Assembly (NCBI GenBank): GCA_963720545.1
Contig: OY970399.1
Location: 320,001 to 384,000 of the forward strand
DNA: 64,000 nucleotides
Direction of reading: 5' to 3'
Source of the DNA: an uncultured Acidobacteriota bacterium
Lineage (GTDB): Bacteria; Acidobacteriota; Vicinamibacteria; Fen-336
Within the stretch, counting starts at the first letter, position 1; every line of letters begins with the position of its first letter. The notes under the pieces are model-generated. The model was not told the DNA's origin, made no database searches, and was given only the letters and a program-made list of their open reading frames with translations. Position numbers and translations under genes: made by a program. Positions 33,601 through 44,335 of this stretch are shown piece after piece.

Positions 33601-34477
33601 CTACATCAAGGCGGCTGCAGCAGCCCCGGCGCTGAAGTTCGTGGTGCTCGTGGGCGACGACACATTCGACCTCCACGACATCTCCGGAACGTCGCCGCAA
33701 AACGTCGTGCCATCGCTCTATGCGTGGGACGAAGAGTTCGGCCGGGTGCCGTCGGAGAACGCCTACGCGGACGTTGATGGCGACAACGCTCCCGATCTCG
33801 CTATCGGCCGCCTGCCGGCGGACGATCCGGATGAGGCCGCCGCGATGGTCGCGAAGATCGCACGCGAAGCGTCGGCGCTCACCGGCAACCGCCACGTGAT
33901 TGCGGCCGACAACCAGGGCGCCGGCGAACCCGACTTCGCCGCCGGCGCGGCACTGGCGGCCGGCTTCTTCCCGGGCAGCGCGCAGGTCGTCACTGTCCGC
34001 CTCGGCGACGGCCTCGAACAGGCGCGCACCGCGCTCCTTTCCGGCCTGCGCCAGGGCGGCGCCACCGTCAGCTACTTCGGCCACGGCGGTTTCGACCTGT
34101 GGGCAGACGAGGGCCTGCTGACCCAGAATGACGTCGCCTCCCTCGAAGGCGCCCCGGGCGAGTCGGTGGTGTTCGCATGGGCCTGCGAATCGCAGTGGTA
34201 CCAGTCGCCGTTCGGTCCATCGCTCGGCGAGTCGCTCTTCGGCGTGCGCCAGGGCGGCGCCGTCGCCGCCTTCGGCCCCGCCGGCATCACCGCATGGCAG
34301 CTGCAGCCGCAGCTGTCGAACCGCGTTTACCAGAACGCCTTCAAGAAGAACGTCGCCCTCGGCGAAGCCATCCGGGCCGCCAAGGCCGACGCCGTCCGCC
34401 TGAACCTTCCGGGCGCGGCGCAGCTCGCCGCCGGATGGAACCTTCTCGGCGACCCGAGCCTGAAGCTCAGGCGGTAG
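30668..34477 (+). CDS. Large secreted protein with C-terminal C25 (gingipain-like) cysteine peptidase
   Basis: AGGAGG SD plus signal peptide; YLIVTH, VVLVGD, AIGRLP, YFGHGG, WAC, WNLLGDP; beta-rich N-terminal passenger. Confidence 0.85.
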   Translation: MRRLFPSVASSVAAAFVSLAALTLPAVAHAGVLGVPVTVSATGTVTGDPPGMFAITGQGLGVGDGDSTHQMRFFIEVTGTTLDIRVFDAGASGSRDDPTIGNTTYALISPTGTTLGSVSIGLETPLVTDNRVARFPPSPAILFTALNVGTGFTGLTPGLYEFRVTATDSTVMANWFGIDIRSGTAAAAPHYNVYIYSLDDDLTPPVAADTSLVLSGDLGANTVFYPFVNRGCAASISDTDGDSTGSASFNSILTSGNAITVSANGAHTETAMTIHTSGTANGVQTLVNNYGMWAVQPDFNDGNFTDWRVADFQLWEDNAANRPRDPNDPIRTYLPNGYTGGGIANHTAPSEPVLTAIYSIVSGANPPAVSVVSRVQVTVPLQNNGPAALTLNGANDQIVSGLPAANATNLGNIQCLNNSGGAIGTPVNGGTFARCNFSGAGVTLAVGETAKLVYQFDLTPPANSTFFVTNIPAAPASGSYNLGALAPTSTTWAHYSPAYNFTGFAGETLGPLCDLRLTVAVPTRAAIRGVNFSGGTLRFATTRQKNTSGFNVYAVTSPADRSLSQRLNREPLRSRQPDSMTPEAYEMSVASRPAYILFEELETDGARRLIGPFATVTSRGAQDFFAAQRTASDADERRLSARPGIERERVRERSATRLVRAPAAAVAAGKQPYRIEVSGAGRVTIPASAFSGNPKIAQWRLTRFGSDVPFQVVGPAGAKSLVFDSPGIATAYAEAMTYVLSNRTVEPRSSVAGTYWEAAPAPGATRVEKPSLLVPGAPQGSTPWIWDFVQSDPGEWPNDFTAPGANAFDLPTLAANPAGPVAVSIRLGGGSAHTHDVTAAINGHTVGSLSFTGKTAAVLHGTINASLLHRTGNTLSLTYAAEGDQSFIGAIYLGSVDLAIPVAAGPSVTPSLIAPLAPAKLPPGRTSYLIVTHPSLLAAANQLAAVKTLDGQRPFVVTTDAIYDGWSDGTAEARAIAAYIKAAAAAPALKFVVLVGDDTFDLHDISGTSPQNVVPSLYAWDEEFGRVPSENAYADVDGDNAPDLAIGRLPADDPDEAAAMVAKIAREASALTGNRHVIAADNQGAGEPDFAAGAALAAGFFPGSAQVVTVRLGDGLEQARTALLSGLRQGGATVSYFGHGGFDLWADEGLLTQNDVASLEGAPGESVVFAWACESQWYQSPFGPSLGESLFGVRQGGAVAAFGPAGITAWQLQPQLSNRVYQNAFKKNVALGEAIRAAKADAVRLNLPGAAQLAAGWNLLGDPSLKLRR

Positions 34478-34479
34478 GT

Positions 34480-35625
34480 CTAGACGGCCTTCTTCAGCGC
34501 GTCGGCCTGGTGGGTGCGCTCCCAGGTGAACTCGGGCTCGTTGCGGCCGAAGTGGCCGTACGCGGCGGTCTTCTTGTAGATCGGACGGCGCAGGTCGAGG
34601 TACTCGATGATGCCCTTGGGCGTCAGCGGGAAGATGTCGCGGATCGCCTTCTCGAGCTTCGACTCCTCCACCTTGCCGGTGCCGAGCGTGTTTGCCATGA
34701 CCGAGACCGGTTCGGCGACGCCGATCGCATAGGCCACCTGGATCTCGACCTTGTCGGCGAGGCCGGCGGCGACCACGTTCTTGGCGACGTGGCGGGCCAT
34801 GTAGGCGGCCGAGCGGTCCACCTTCGTCGGGTCCTTGCCCGAGAACGCGCCACCGCCGTGGCGGCCGACGCCGCCGTAGGTGTCGACGATGATCTTGCGG
34901 CCGGTGAGGCCGCAGTCGCCGTGCGGGCCGCCCACCACGAAGTTGCCGGTCGGGTTGATGTGGTACTTGGTGTTCGCGTCCAGCATGCCCGCCGGAATCA
35001 CCGGGCGGATCACCTTCTCCATGACGTCGGCGCGGATCGCTTCCTGCTTGACGCGGTCGGAGTGCTGGGTCGAGACCACGACGGCCTCGACGCGAATCGG
35101 CTTGTCGCCCTCGAACTCGATCGTCACCTGGCTCTTGCCGTCGGGCCGCAGGTAGTCGAGCGTGCCGTCCTTGCGCACCTTGGCGAGCTGGCGCGTGAGC
35201 TTGTGCGCGAGGCTGATGCTGAGCGGCATCAGCTCCTCGGTGTCGTTGCAGGCGTAGCCGAACATCAGGCCCTGGTCGCCGGCGCCGTCGCGATCGACGC
35301 CCATCGAGATGTCGGGCGACTGCTCGTGGATCGTCGAGACCACCGCGCAGGTTTCGTAGTCGAAGCCGAACTTGGCGCGCGTGTAGCCAACGCCCTTGAT
35401 CGTCTCGCGGACGATACCGGGCAGGTCGACGTACGCCTTGGTGGTGATCTCGCCGGCGATCACGGCGAGGCCGGTGGTGACGAGCGTCTCGCACGCCACG
35501 CGGCTGCCAGGATCGAGGGCAAGGAGCGCGTCGAGGACGGCGTCGGAAATCTGGTCGGCGATCTTGTCGGGATGACCCTCGGTCACCGACTCCGACGTGA
35601 AAAGGTGCCTGCTGTTCTTGCCCAT
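34480..35625 (-). CDS. metK: S-adenosylmethionine synthetase
   Basis: [36 protein letters not shown]. Confidence 0.99.
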   Translation of the reverse strand: MGKNSRHLFTSESVTEGHPDKIADQISDAVLDALLALDPGSRVACETLVTTGLAVIAGEITTKAYVDLPGIVRETIKGVGYTRAKFGFDYETCAVVSTIHEQSPDISMGVDRDGAGDQGLMFGYACNDTEELMPLSISLAHKLTRQLAKVRKDGTLDYLRPDGKSQVTIEFEGDKPIRVEAVVVSTQHSDRVKQEAIRADVMEKVIRPVIPAGMLDANTKYHINPTGNFVVGGPHGDCGLTGRKIIVDTYGGVGRHGGGAFSGKDPTKVDRSAAYMARHVAKNVVAAGLADKVEIQVAYAIGVAEPVSVMANTLGTGKVEESKLEKAIRDIFPLTPKGIIEYLDLRRPIYKKTAAYGHFGRNEPEFTWERTHQADALKKAV

Positions 35626-35756
35626 CGGTACGGCAATCCTCCAGTGAATCAGCTAGTTACGGCCAGGACTGCGAATGGCTGCGGCGCTTCGCCTGGCTTC
35701 TCTGGGAAGCCGCAAGGCTACCACGGGGCCCTTGCCCGCCGTTTGCAGCATGGCGC

Positions 35757-36695
35757 TCACGCCCGCGGGTGGAACTGGTCGTAGACCTTGCGCAGGCGCT
35801 CGCGCGAGACGTGCGTGTAGATCTGCGTCGTCGAGATGTCGGCGTGACCCAGCATCGCCTGCAGCGCCCGCAGGTCCGCGCCGTTTTCGAGGAGATGAGT
35901 GGCGAACGAATGGCGCAGCACGTGCGGCGTGAGCACGTGCGCGACACCCGCGGCGAGCGCGTGCTTGCGGACGATGCCCCAGATGCCCATGCGCGTCAGC
36001 CGCCGCCCGTGCTGGTTCACGAACAGCGCGTCGTCGGTGCGGTCGGCGCGGTCCACGCGGTCCGCGTTTTTCGGGGCGAGCTGCGGCCGCGACTCTGCCA
36101 GGTAGCGTTGCACCCATGACCGCGCCTCCTCGCCCACGGGCACGAGGCGCTCCTTGCGGCCCTTGCCGAACGCCTTGATGATGCCGAGCTCCAGGTCGAG
36201 GTCGCGGATGCGCAGTCCCACGAGTTCCGAGACGCGCACGCCGGTGGCGTAGAAGGTCTCGAGCATGGCGCGGTCGCGCATGCCGAGCGGTGTCGCGACG
36301 TCGGGCGCCGCCAGCAGTGCCTCCACCTGCGCGCCGCTCAGGTAGCGCGGCAGGGCCTTGAAGGCCTTGGGCGCACCGAGGTTTTCCATCGGGTCCGCCT
36401 CGAGCAGCCCTTCGCGCACGCAGAAGCGGTAGAACCCGCGCACCGCGTGCACCGCGCGCGCGATCGAGCGCGGCTGCAGGCCCGCGGCACGCTGCGCTTC
36501 GATGAAGCGCGACAGGTCCTTCTGCCGCAGCCGCAGCAAGGCGCGGTCGTCGCCGGCGAACGCTTCGAGCTTCGCGAGGTCGGAGCCGTAGGCGGCGAGG
36601 GTGTTCGCCGCCAGGCTGCGCTCGACCCGCAGGTGGTCGAGCCAGGCGCGGATCCGCTGCGCGTTTTCGCCGCTGCTAGAGGCCGAGCGCGGCAC
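35757..36695 (-). CDS. xerD: Site-specific tyrosine recombinase XerD
   Basis: RDRAMLE..YATG.RVSEL, GKGRKER, TPHVLRHSFATHLL..GADLR, LGHADISTTQIYTHV, FHPRA. Confidence 0.93.
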   Translation of the reverse strand: MPRSASSSGENAQRIRAWLDHLRVERSLAANTLAAYGSDLAKLEAFAGDDRALLRLRQKDLSRFIEAQRAAGLQPRSIARAVHAVRGFYRFCVREGLLEADPMENLGAPKAFKALPRYLSGAQVEALLAAPDVATPLGMRDRAMLETFYATGVRVSELVGLRIRDLDLELGIIKAFGKGRKERLVPVGEEARSWVQRYLAESRPQLAPKNADRVDRADRTDDALFVNQHGRRLTRMGIWGIVRKHALAAGVAHVLTPHVLRHSFATHLLENGADLRALQAMLGHADISTTQIYTHVSRERLRKVYDQFHPRA

Positions 36696-37443
36696 CGAAA
36701 TAGAAGCCGTCGGGCTTGAAGAGGCCGTAGTTCGACTTCTCGTCCACCCGGATGCGCAGCCGCCGATAGCCGGCCTCCGCCGCCAGGGCGCGGCCCAGGT
36801 AGGCCCGGGCGCGGATGTCGAACTCGTACAGGCTGCCGCGCTTGCCGATGCTGAGCCCGGAGAATTCGCCGGAAAAACCGACGGGCCCCGCGTGGATGCG
36901 CGCCACCGCGCCGACGATCGGAATCGGCGCCTTGAGGCTCGCGAGGGCGCGCTGGCCGATGTCTGGCGACTCGACGAGCGCGTCGAAGTCGGCGTACTTC
37001 ACGCCCGCGATGCCGTCGAACTCGAAGCCTTCGCTGCGGATGATGCCGAAGCGCAGGTCGCCGGAAATGTAGTGGCCGTCGAGCGAACTGACGGCGCGCG
37101 TGTTCACCGAGTAGGTGCGGCCGTCGAACACGATGGTGCGGTTCAGCTGCACGTCGCCCGCGTATTCAAGGGAGGTGTAGGAGAACTGCAGGCGGCTGCG
37201 TTCGGCGAGGCGCAGCGAGAGGCCGTAGCGGAAGGTGTTGTTGTCGGTGACGCCGAGGTCGTCCTTGAGGTTCAGCAGCGTCCCGATCTGGCCGATGCGC
37301 ACCTCGGCGGCAAGTTCGGGCCGCCAGTAGTCGGCTTGCAGCTGCAGCTTCGTTTCTTCGAACGGGGCGCGCAGGTTCTGGGCGTTTGCGGCAGGCGCAG
37401 CAAGGGCGGCGCACAAGGCCGCCGCGGCTGGGAAAAAGCGCAT
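36676..37443 (-). CDS. Putative outer membrane beta-barrel protein
   Basis: Signal peptide, alternating amphipathic strands, C-terminal GYR...DGFYFG; GGAGG SD. Confidence 0.7.
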   Translation of the reverse strand: MRFFPAAAALCAALAAPAANAQNLRAPFEETKLQLQADYWRPELAAEVRIGQIGTLLNLKDDLGVTDNNTFRYGLSLRLAERSRLQFSYTSLEYAGDVQLNRTIVFDGRTYSVNTRAVSSLDGHYISGDLRFGIIRSEGFEFDGIAGVKYADFDALVESPDIGQRALASLKAPIPIVGAVARIHAGPVGFSGEFSGLSIGKRGSLYEFDIRARAYLGRALAAEAGYRRLRIRVDEKSNYGLFKPDGFYFGAALGL

Positions 37444-37463
37444 CTTTGTTGATCCTCCGAAAG

Positions 37464-39074
<1,611 letters not shown>

Positions 39075-39122
39075 GTGCCGTTAAAATTCGCTTTTACACG
39101 TACTTACGGGAGGTCTAACGTC

Positions 39123-39395
39123 TTGGCTCATCACGCATCGGCGCTCAAAGCCATGAGGCAGAGCGTCAAGCGGCGCGCTCGCAACCGCCAGAACATGTCG
39201 CGCCTGCGCACCCAGATCAAGAAATTCCGCGCCCTCGTCGCCAAGGGCGACGCCAGGGCGACGGCCACCCTCCTCCCCGAGACCGACTCCGAGATCGACA
39301 AGGCAGCGAAGAAGGGCACCATTCATTTCCGCGCCGCCTCGCGCTACAAGAGCCGGCTGGCGAAGCGGCTCAACGCCGCGACCCGGAAGGCGTAG
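39123..39395 (+). CDS. rpsT: 30S ribosomal protein S20
   Basis: TTG start; AHHASALKAMRQS..RRARN...SRLRTQIK...IDKAAKKG.IH...ASRYKSRL; GGGAGG SD. Confidence 0.95.
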   Translation: MAHHASALKAMRQSVKRRARNRQNMSRLRTQIKKFRALVAKGDARATATLLPETDSEIDKAAKKGTIHFRAASRYKSRLAKRLNAATRKA

Positions 39396-40362
39396 CTCCC
39401 TCACTCCGCCGCGAGCACGCAACGATCGCCGCCGTCAGCGCGGTCCGCGCGTCGACGCCGGTCTTGATCCGCCGGTCGCATTCCATCAGCGCCGCCACCG
39501 CTTCCTTCACGTCCCTGTCGCTCCAGGTGCGTGCGGCGCGCCGCACGTCCTCCGCCTTGAAGGCGGGCACCTGCAGCCGTGCCTGGAACTCGGAGGGCGG
39601 CGCGTTGCCGAGTGCACGGGCGCCGCGCACCTGGCGCACGGTGCGAAACAGCGCCGCCACCACCACCGGTGCCGGCTCGCCTTCGTCGAGGATCTCCTCG
39701 AGATAGGCGACCGCGACCGCGGGGTGGCGCGCCATGAAGGCGTCGGCCAGCCGATAGAGCGGCTGCGCAATGCCCTTCCCCATCACCGCGGCGACGTCAT
39801 CGAGCGTCAGCCGCCGCCGCGGCGCCGCGAATGCCGTCAGTTTCTCCAGCTCGCCGATGAGGCGCCGCAGGTCGGCGCCGACGCGCTCCAGCAGGCTCGC
39901 GAGCCCTTCCTCGTCGATCGCAAGGTCGCGCGCGCGCAGCTCGGCGAGCACTCGCGTGCGCAGCGCCCGGCCGCGCAGCGGCTCGACGCTCAGCACCTTC
40001 GCCTTCGCCTCCTTCGCCGCCGACTCCACCCTGCGCCAGAGCCGCTTGCGCTTGTCCGGCTTCGACGCGAGCAGCACCAGCGTGATGCCGTCCGCGGGGT
40101 TCTCGAGGATCGCGTCGATCAGCTCCTCGTCGCCGCGCAGGCGATCGGCGTCGCGCACCACCACCGCGAGCCGCGGGCTGAAGAGCGACGGGCTGCGGGC
40201 GGCGTCGGCCACCTGGATCCAGCTGCTCTCGTCGCCGCGCAGCACGCTCGTGGCGTCCTGGCGGTTGGCGGCGCCCAGGGCATCGGCGAGCACGGCTTCG
40301 AGCGCTGCTTCCGCCGAGTGCGAATCGCCGCCGAGGATGGCGACGACGCCGGCGGCCCTCAG
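39370..40362 (-). CDS. holA: DNA polymerase III subunit delta
   Basis: SPSLFS, DKRKR, GADL..L..ELEKL, D.RIKTG; follows leuS-lptE; start probably CTG at 40362. Confidence 0.85.
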   Translation of the reverse strand: MRAAGVVAILGGDSHSAEAALEAVLADALGAANRQDATSVLRGDESSWIQVADAARSPSLFSPRLAVVVRDADRLRGDEELIDAILENPADGITLVLLASKPDKRKRLWRRVESAAKEAKAKVLSVEPLRGRALRTRVLAELRARDLAIDEEGLASLLERVGADLRRLIGELEKLTAFAAPRRRLTLDDVAAVMGKGIAQPLYRLADAFMARHPAVAVAYLEEILDEGEPAPVVVAALFRTVRQVRGARALGNAPPSEFQARLQVPAFKAEDVRRAARTWSDRDVKEAVAALMECDRRIKTGVDARTALTAAIVACSRRSEGATPSGSRR

Positions 40363-40910
40363 AACGCCTCCAGCATCTCGGCGACCAGCTTGCGGGCGAA
40401 TGCCTGCACGAGGCGGTCGAGCGCCTGGTCTTCGCGGTCGACGAACGTGCCGGGGTCTTCGCCGACGTCGTAGTCGTCCTTCTCCGAGAAGCTGTCGTTC
40501 TGCCACATCGGCTCGCTGACGCCCGTCTTGCTGTAGGTGGCGCGCGCGCTCAGCACGATGCTGTAGCGGGTAGAACCGGTGGTCTGGTCGCCGATGTTGC
40601 CAAAGCCCACCGGCACCACCGAGTAGTTGGTGAGCTCGGCGTCGAGCAGCGCGTCGACCTCGGTCGACTGCGTCACCACTTCCCAGTTGCCGCGCTTCAG
40701 CAGCTCCTCGACCACCGCCTGGCTCACTTTCTGCGCGAGCCCCGGCCTGCCGGTCAGGTCGCGAAACTGCGGCACGCCGATCTTGCGGATCGACTTGTCC
40801 ACGGTGACACCCTTGCCGACGAGCGCGTAGCCGCAGCCGCCCAACGCCTGTGCCAGTGCGCAGGCGACGAGCAGGGCGGTGCCCCACGGGGCATCGCGCC
40901 AAAGCTTCAT
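40359..40910 (-). CDS. lptE: LPS assembly lipoprotein LptE family
   Basis: Lipobox LGGCGY; position between leuS and holA. Confidence 0.85.
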   Translation of the reverse strand: MKLWRDAPWGTALLVACALAQALGGCGYALVGKGVTVDKSIRKIGVPQFRDLTGRPGLAQKVSQAVVEELLKRGNWEVVTQSTEVDALLDAELTNYSVVPVGFGNIGDQTTGSTRYSIVLSARATYSKTGVSEPMWQNDSFSEKDDYDVGEDPGTFVDREDQALDRLVQAFARKLVAEMLEAF

Positions 40911-43408
40911 TGCAGCACCACGTTCACGAGCCGGCCCGGAATGACGATCACCTTTTTCACCGCCCTGCCTTCCATGTTCTCCCGAACCCGCGGTTCGGCG
41001 AGAGCCTGGGTGCGAACCGCCTCTTCGGAAGCGCCCACCGGCACGGTGATGCGGCCGCGCAGCCTGCCGTTCACCTGCACCGCGATCTCCGCCTCGTCCT
41101 CGCGGGCCGCTTCCTCGTCGGCGACCGGCCACGGCGCGGTGAGGATCGAGCCCTTGCCGGGGCTGAGGCGCTCCCAAAGCTGTTCGCAGATGTGTGGCGT
41201 GAACGGGCTGAGGAGCAGGACCAGCGCCTCCAGCGCCTCGCGCACGACTGGTGCCGCGTGCTCGTCGTCGCGAAGCGCACTGCCTCCTGGGCTATGCACG
41301 CCCAGGGCGGCTTCGATCTCGTTCAGCAACTCCATCAGGGCGGCGACCGCGGTGTTGAGGCGGATGCGTTCGTCGATGTCGTTCGTGACCTTGCGGATCG
41401 TCTGGTGCACGCGACGCCGCAGCTGCCGGGCCGCATCGCTGGTTACGCCGGCTGGCGCGGGCGTGGCCGCGAGCGCGCCGGCGTGGCGGTCGACGAGACG
41501 GTAGACGCGCTGCAGGAACCGGTGCGGCCCGGCGATGCCGCTCTCGCTCCACTCGAGCGACATCTCGGGCGGCGCCGCGAACAGGATGTAGAGGCGAAGC
41601 GTGTCGGCGCCGAACTTGGCGATGACGTCGTCGGGGGCGATGGTGTTGCCCTTCGACTTCGACATGATCTCGCCGTTGTTGTGCACCATGCCCTGCGGGA
41701 AGAGGCGCGTCACCGGCTCGTCGAGCACGACCAGGCCGAGGTCGCGCATCACCTTGGTCCAGAAGCGCGAATAGACGAGGTGCAGGATGGCGTGCTCGAT
41801 GCCGCCCACGTAGAGGTCGACGGGAAACCAGTAGTCGACGTCCTTGCGGTCGAAGGGTGCCTGCGTGTCGTGCGGCGTGAGGTAGCGGTAGAAGTACCAG
41901 GACGAGTCGACGAACGTGTCCATGGTGTCCGTCTCGCGGCGCGCGGGGCCGCCGCACTTCGGGCAGGTGGTGTTGACGAACTCCGTCACCTTCTCGAGGG
42001 GGTTGCCGCCTTCGCCGGTGAATGGTGCTTCCTTCGGCAGCACCACGGGAAGCTGCGAGTCGGGCACCCCCACCAGCCCGTCGTTCGGGCAGTAGACCAC
42101 GGGTATGGGGGTGCCCCAATAGCGCTGGCGGCTGATGAGCCAGTCCTTGAGGCGATAGCTGATCGCCTTCTTGCCGAAGCCCGAGGCTTCGGCGTAGAGG
42201 GTCATCCTGGCGGCCGCGTCAGCCGACGGAAGCCCTGAGAAGGAACCGCTGTCCGCGGTGTTCCCCGGGCCCTCGTAAGGCCCCGTGATCGTGTCGCCTT
42301 GCAGCGTCTCACCCTGCGGCTGGATCACCACCCGCACCGGCAGGCCGTACTTGCGGGCGAATTCGAAATCGCGCCCGTCGTGCGCCGGCACGGCCATCAG
42401 GGCGCCGGTGCCGTAGCCCATCAACACGAAATTGCCTACCCAGATCGGCACGCGTTCACGGTTGAACGGGTTGACCGCGTAGCGGCCGGTGAAAACACCT
42501 TCCTTTTCCACCTGTCCCGCCTGGCGCTGGCGCCGGTCCTGGCCGCGCAGGCGCAGCACGGCCTGGCGCGCCGGGTCAACGTCGCTGCCCGCACCCAGCA
42601 GCTCGTCGACGCGCGGATGCTCGGGTGCGAGCACCATGAAGGTGGCGCCATAAATGGTGTCGATGCGCGTGGTGAACACGCGCAGTGGCTCGTCGCTGCC
42701 TTCCACCGCGAAGTCGACCTCGGCGCCGTGCGAGCGGCCCACCCAGTTGCGCTGCTGCACCAGCACCCGCTCGGGCCATTCGGGCAGCGCCGCCATGTCG
42801 TCGAGCAGCGCGTCCTGGTATTGCGTGATGCGCAGGAACCACTGGTCGAGCTCGCGCTCCACCACGGCGCTGCCGCAGCGCCAGCACACCCCGCCTTCCG
42901 CCTGCTCGTTCGCGAGCACGGTCTTGTCCACCGGACACCAGTTGACCGCCGCCTTCTTGCGGTAGGCGATGCCGCGCTCCAGCATGCGCAGAAAGAACCA
43001 CTGGTTCCAGCGGTAGTACTCGGGGTCGCAGGTGGCGATCTCGCGGCTCCACGGGTAGCTGAAGCCGAGCCGCTTCAGCTGCCGGGTCATCGAGGCGATG
43101 TTGTCGCGGGTCCATTTCTCGGGGTGCACACCGCGCTTGATGGCGGCGTTTTCGGCGGGCAGGCCCAGCGCGTCCCAGCCGATCGGGTGCATGACGTTGA
43201 AGCCGTTCATGCGCTTGTAGCGCGCCACGACGTCGGTGATGCAGTAGTTGCGGACGTGGCCAACGTGGATGTCGCCCGACGGATAGGGCAGCATCTCCAG
43301 GCAGTAGAACTTCTTGCGCGACGGATCGCGTTCCACCTCGTATGCACCGCGGGCCGCCCACTCGCGCTGCCAGCGCTCCTCGATGCCGAGGAAGTCGTAG
43401 TCGCTCAT
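40907..43408 (-). CDS. leuS: Leucine--tRNA ligase
   Basis: MLPYPSG.IHVGH, GWDALGLPAENAA, DWLISRQRYWG, ETDTMDTF, MSKSKGN. Confidence 0.98.
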   Translation of the reverse strand: MSDYDFLGIEERWQREWAARGAYEVERDPSRKKFYCLEMLPYPSGDIHVGHVRNYCITDVVARYKRMNGFNVMHPIGWDALGLPAENAAIKRGVHPEKWTRDNIASMTRQLKRLGFSYPWSREIATCDPEYYRWNQWFFLRMLERGIAYRKKAAVNWCPVDKTVLANEQAEGGVCWRCGSAVVERELDQWFLRITQYQDALLDDMAALPEWPERVLVQQRNWVGRSHGAEVDFAVEGSDEPLRVFTTRIDTIYGATFMVLAPEHPRVDELLGAGSDVDPARQAVLRLRGQDRRQRQAGQVEKEGVFTGRYAVNPFNRERVPIWVGNFVLMGYGTGALMAVPAHDGRDFEFARKYGLPVRVVIQPQGETLQGDTITGPYEGPGNTADSGSFSGLPSADAAARMTLYAEASGFGKKAISYRLKDWLISRQRYWGTPIPVVYCPNDGLVGVPDSQLPVVLPKEAPFTGEGGNPLEKVTEFVNTTCPKCGGPARRETDTMDTFVDSSWYFYRYLTPHDTQAPFDRKDVDYWFPVDLYVGGIEHAILHLVYSRFWTKVMRDLGLVVLDEPVTRLFPQGMVHNNGEIMSKSKGNTIAPDDVIAKFGADTLRLYILFAAPPEMSLEWSESGIAGPHRFLQRVYRLVDRHAGALAATPAPAGVTSDAARQLRRRVHQTIRKVTNDIDERIRLNTAVAALMELLNEIEAALGVHSPGGSALRDDEHAAPVVREALEALVLLLSPFTPHICEQLWERLSPGKGSILTAPWPVADEEAAREDEAEIAVQVNGRLRGRITVPVGASEEAVRTQALAEPRVRENMEGRAVKKVIVIPGRLVNVVLQ

Positions 43409-43412
43409 CGCT

Positions 43413-44273
43413 TTATGCGGATCGGATTCTATCAGCCCGCTCCGCCAGGTTCGGCGCGCCGAGGTCCGCTGCAACCGACTTGAAGCGCTCCGTAGGGCCG
43501 TTCCAGCGCCAGGAATCGACGCTGCCGACCTCGCAATCGACGACGATCGTCGCGAGCTTGCGAAACAGCATCGCCAGGTCGCGCTGGCCGGCGAGGCTCG
43601 CGGCCAGTTTGTCGGCGCCGCGCAATCCCGGCACATCCCAGCCTGTCGCCGGGATGTTGTCAATCGAACCGTAGCGGGCGAGCACCGCGGTCGCGCTCTT
43701 CGCGCCGAAGCCCGCGATGCCCGGGAAACCGTCCGCGGAGTCGCCGACGAGCGCCAGCCAATCGGCGATGGCGCCCGGCGGCACGCCAAACTTGGCGGTG
43801 ATCCCCGCCTCGTCGAAGGTGACGCGGTTGCGCCTGTCCACCTGCACCACGCGCTCGCCGCGAACGCATTGGCCGAGGTCCTTGTCGGGGGTGAGGATCA
43901 GCACCTGCTCGACGCGCGGGTCTGCCGACGCTACCGCGGCGGCGCTGCCAAGGGCATCGTCGGCCTCGTGCTCGACCATTGCCCAGGTGGTGACGCCCAT
44001 CGCCACGAGCGCATCTTCCACCACCGGAATCTGCTCGAGCAGCACCGGGTCCATGCCTTCGCTCGTCTTGTACCCGGGCCACAGCCCGTTGCGGAAGCTC
44101 TCGATCACGTGGTCGCTGGCAACGCCCACGTGCGTCGCCCCATCGGCGAGCAGCTGCAGCGTGGACGCGAGCACCCCCGTGGTCGCGGCATAAGGAGGCG
44201 GCTCGCCGCCGCGCGCGGCGCCGTAGTGCTGGCGAAACATCTCGTAAGTACCGTCGATCAGGTGGACGCGCAT
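43413..44273 (-). CDS. Stand-alone 5'-3' exonuclease / flap endonuclease
   Basis: HLIDG, FRN....YK, EADD, DKDL.Q, GDSADGFPGI.G.G.KSA (H3TH); no polymerase domain. Confidence 0.9.
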   Translation of the reverse strand: MRVHLIDGTYEMFRQHYGAARGGEPPPYAATTGVLASTLQLLADGATHVGVASDHVIESFRNGLWPGYKTSEGMDPVLLEQIPVVEDALVAMGVTTWAMVEHEADDALGSAAAVASADPRVEQVLILTPDKDLGQCVRGERVVQVDRRNRVTFDEAGITAKFGVPPGAIADWLALVGDSADGFPGIAGFGAKSATAVLARYGSIDNIPATGWDVPGLRGADKLAASLAGQRDLAMLFRKLATIVVDCEVGSVDSWRWNGPTERFKSVAADLGAPNLAERADRIRSA

Positions 44274-44335
44274 GGCGAAGGCCGTTTGCCGCCCGCAGGC
44301 TAGCATTGCGTCATCGTGCCCGGAGGCTTGCCACA

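Noticed and set aside
35626..35756. Known SAM-I/II or SAH riboswitch upstream of metK
   Set aside because: Consensus core elements not found by eye; kept only as a low-confidence structured leader
35757..36695. Tyrosine recombinase as integrase of a mobile element
   Set aside because: Sequence matches chromosomal XerD; flanks are housekeeping genes; no att repeats, tRNA or cargo seen
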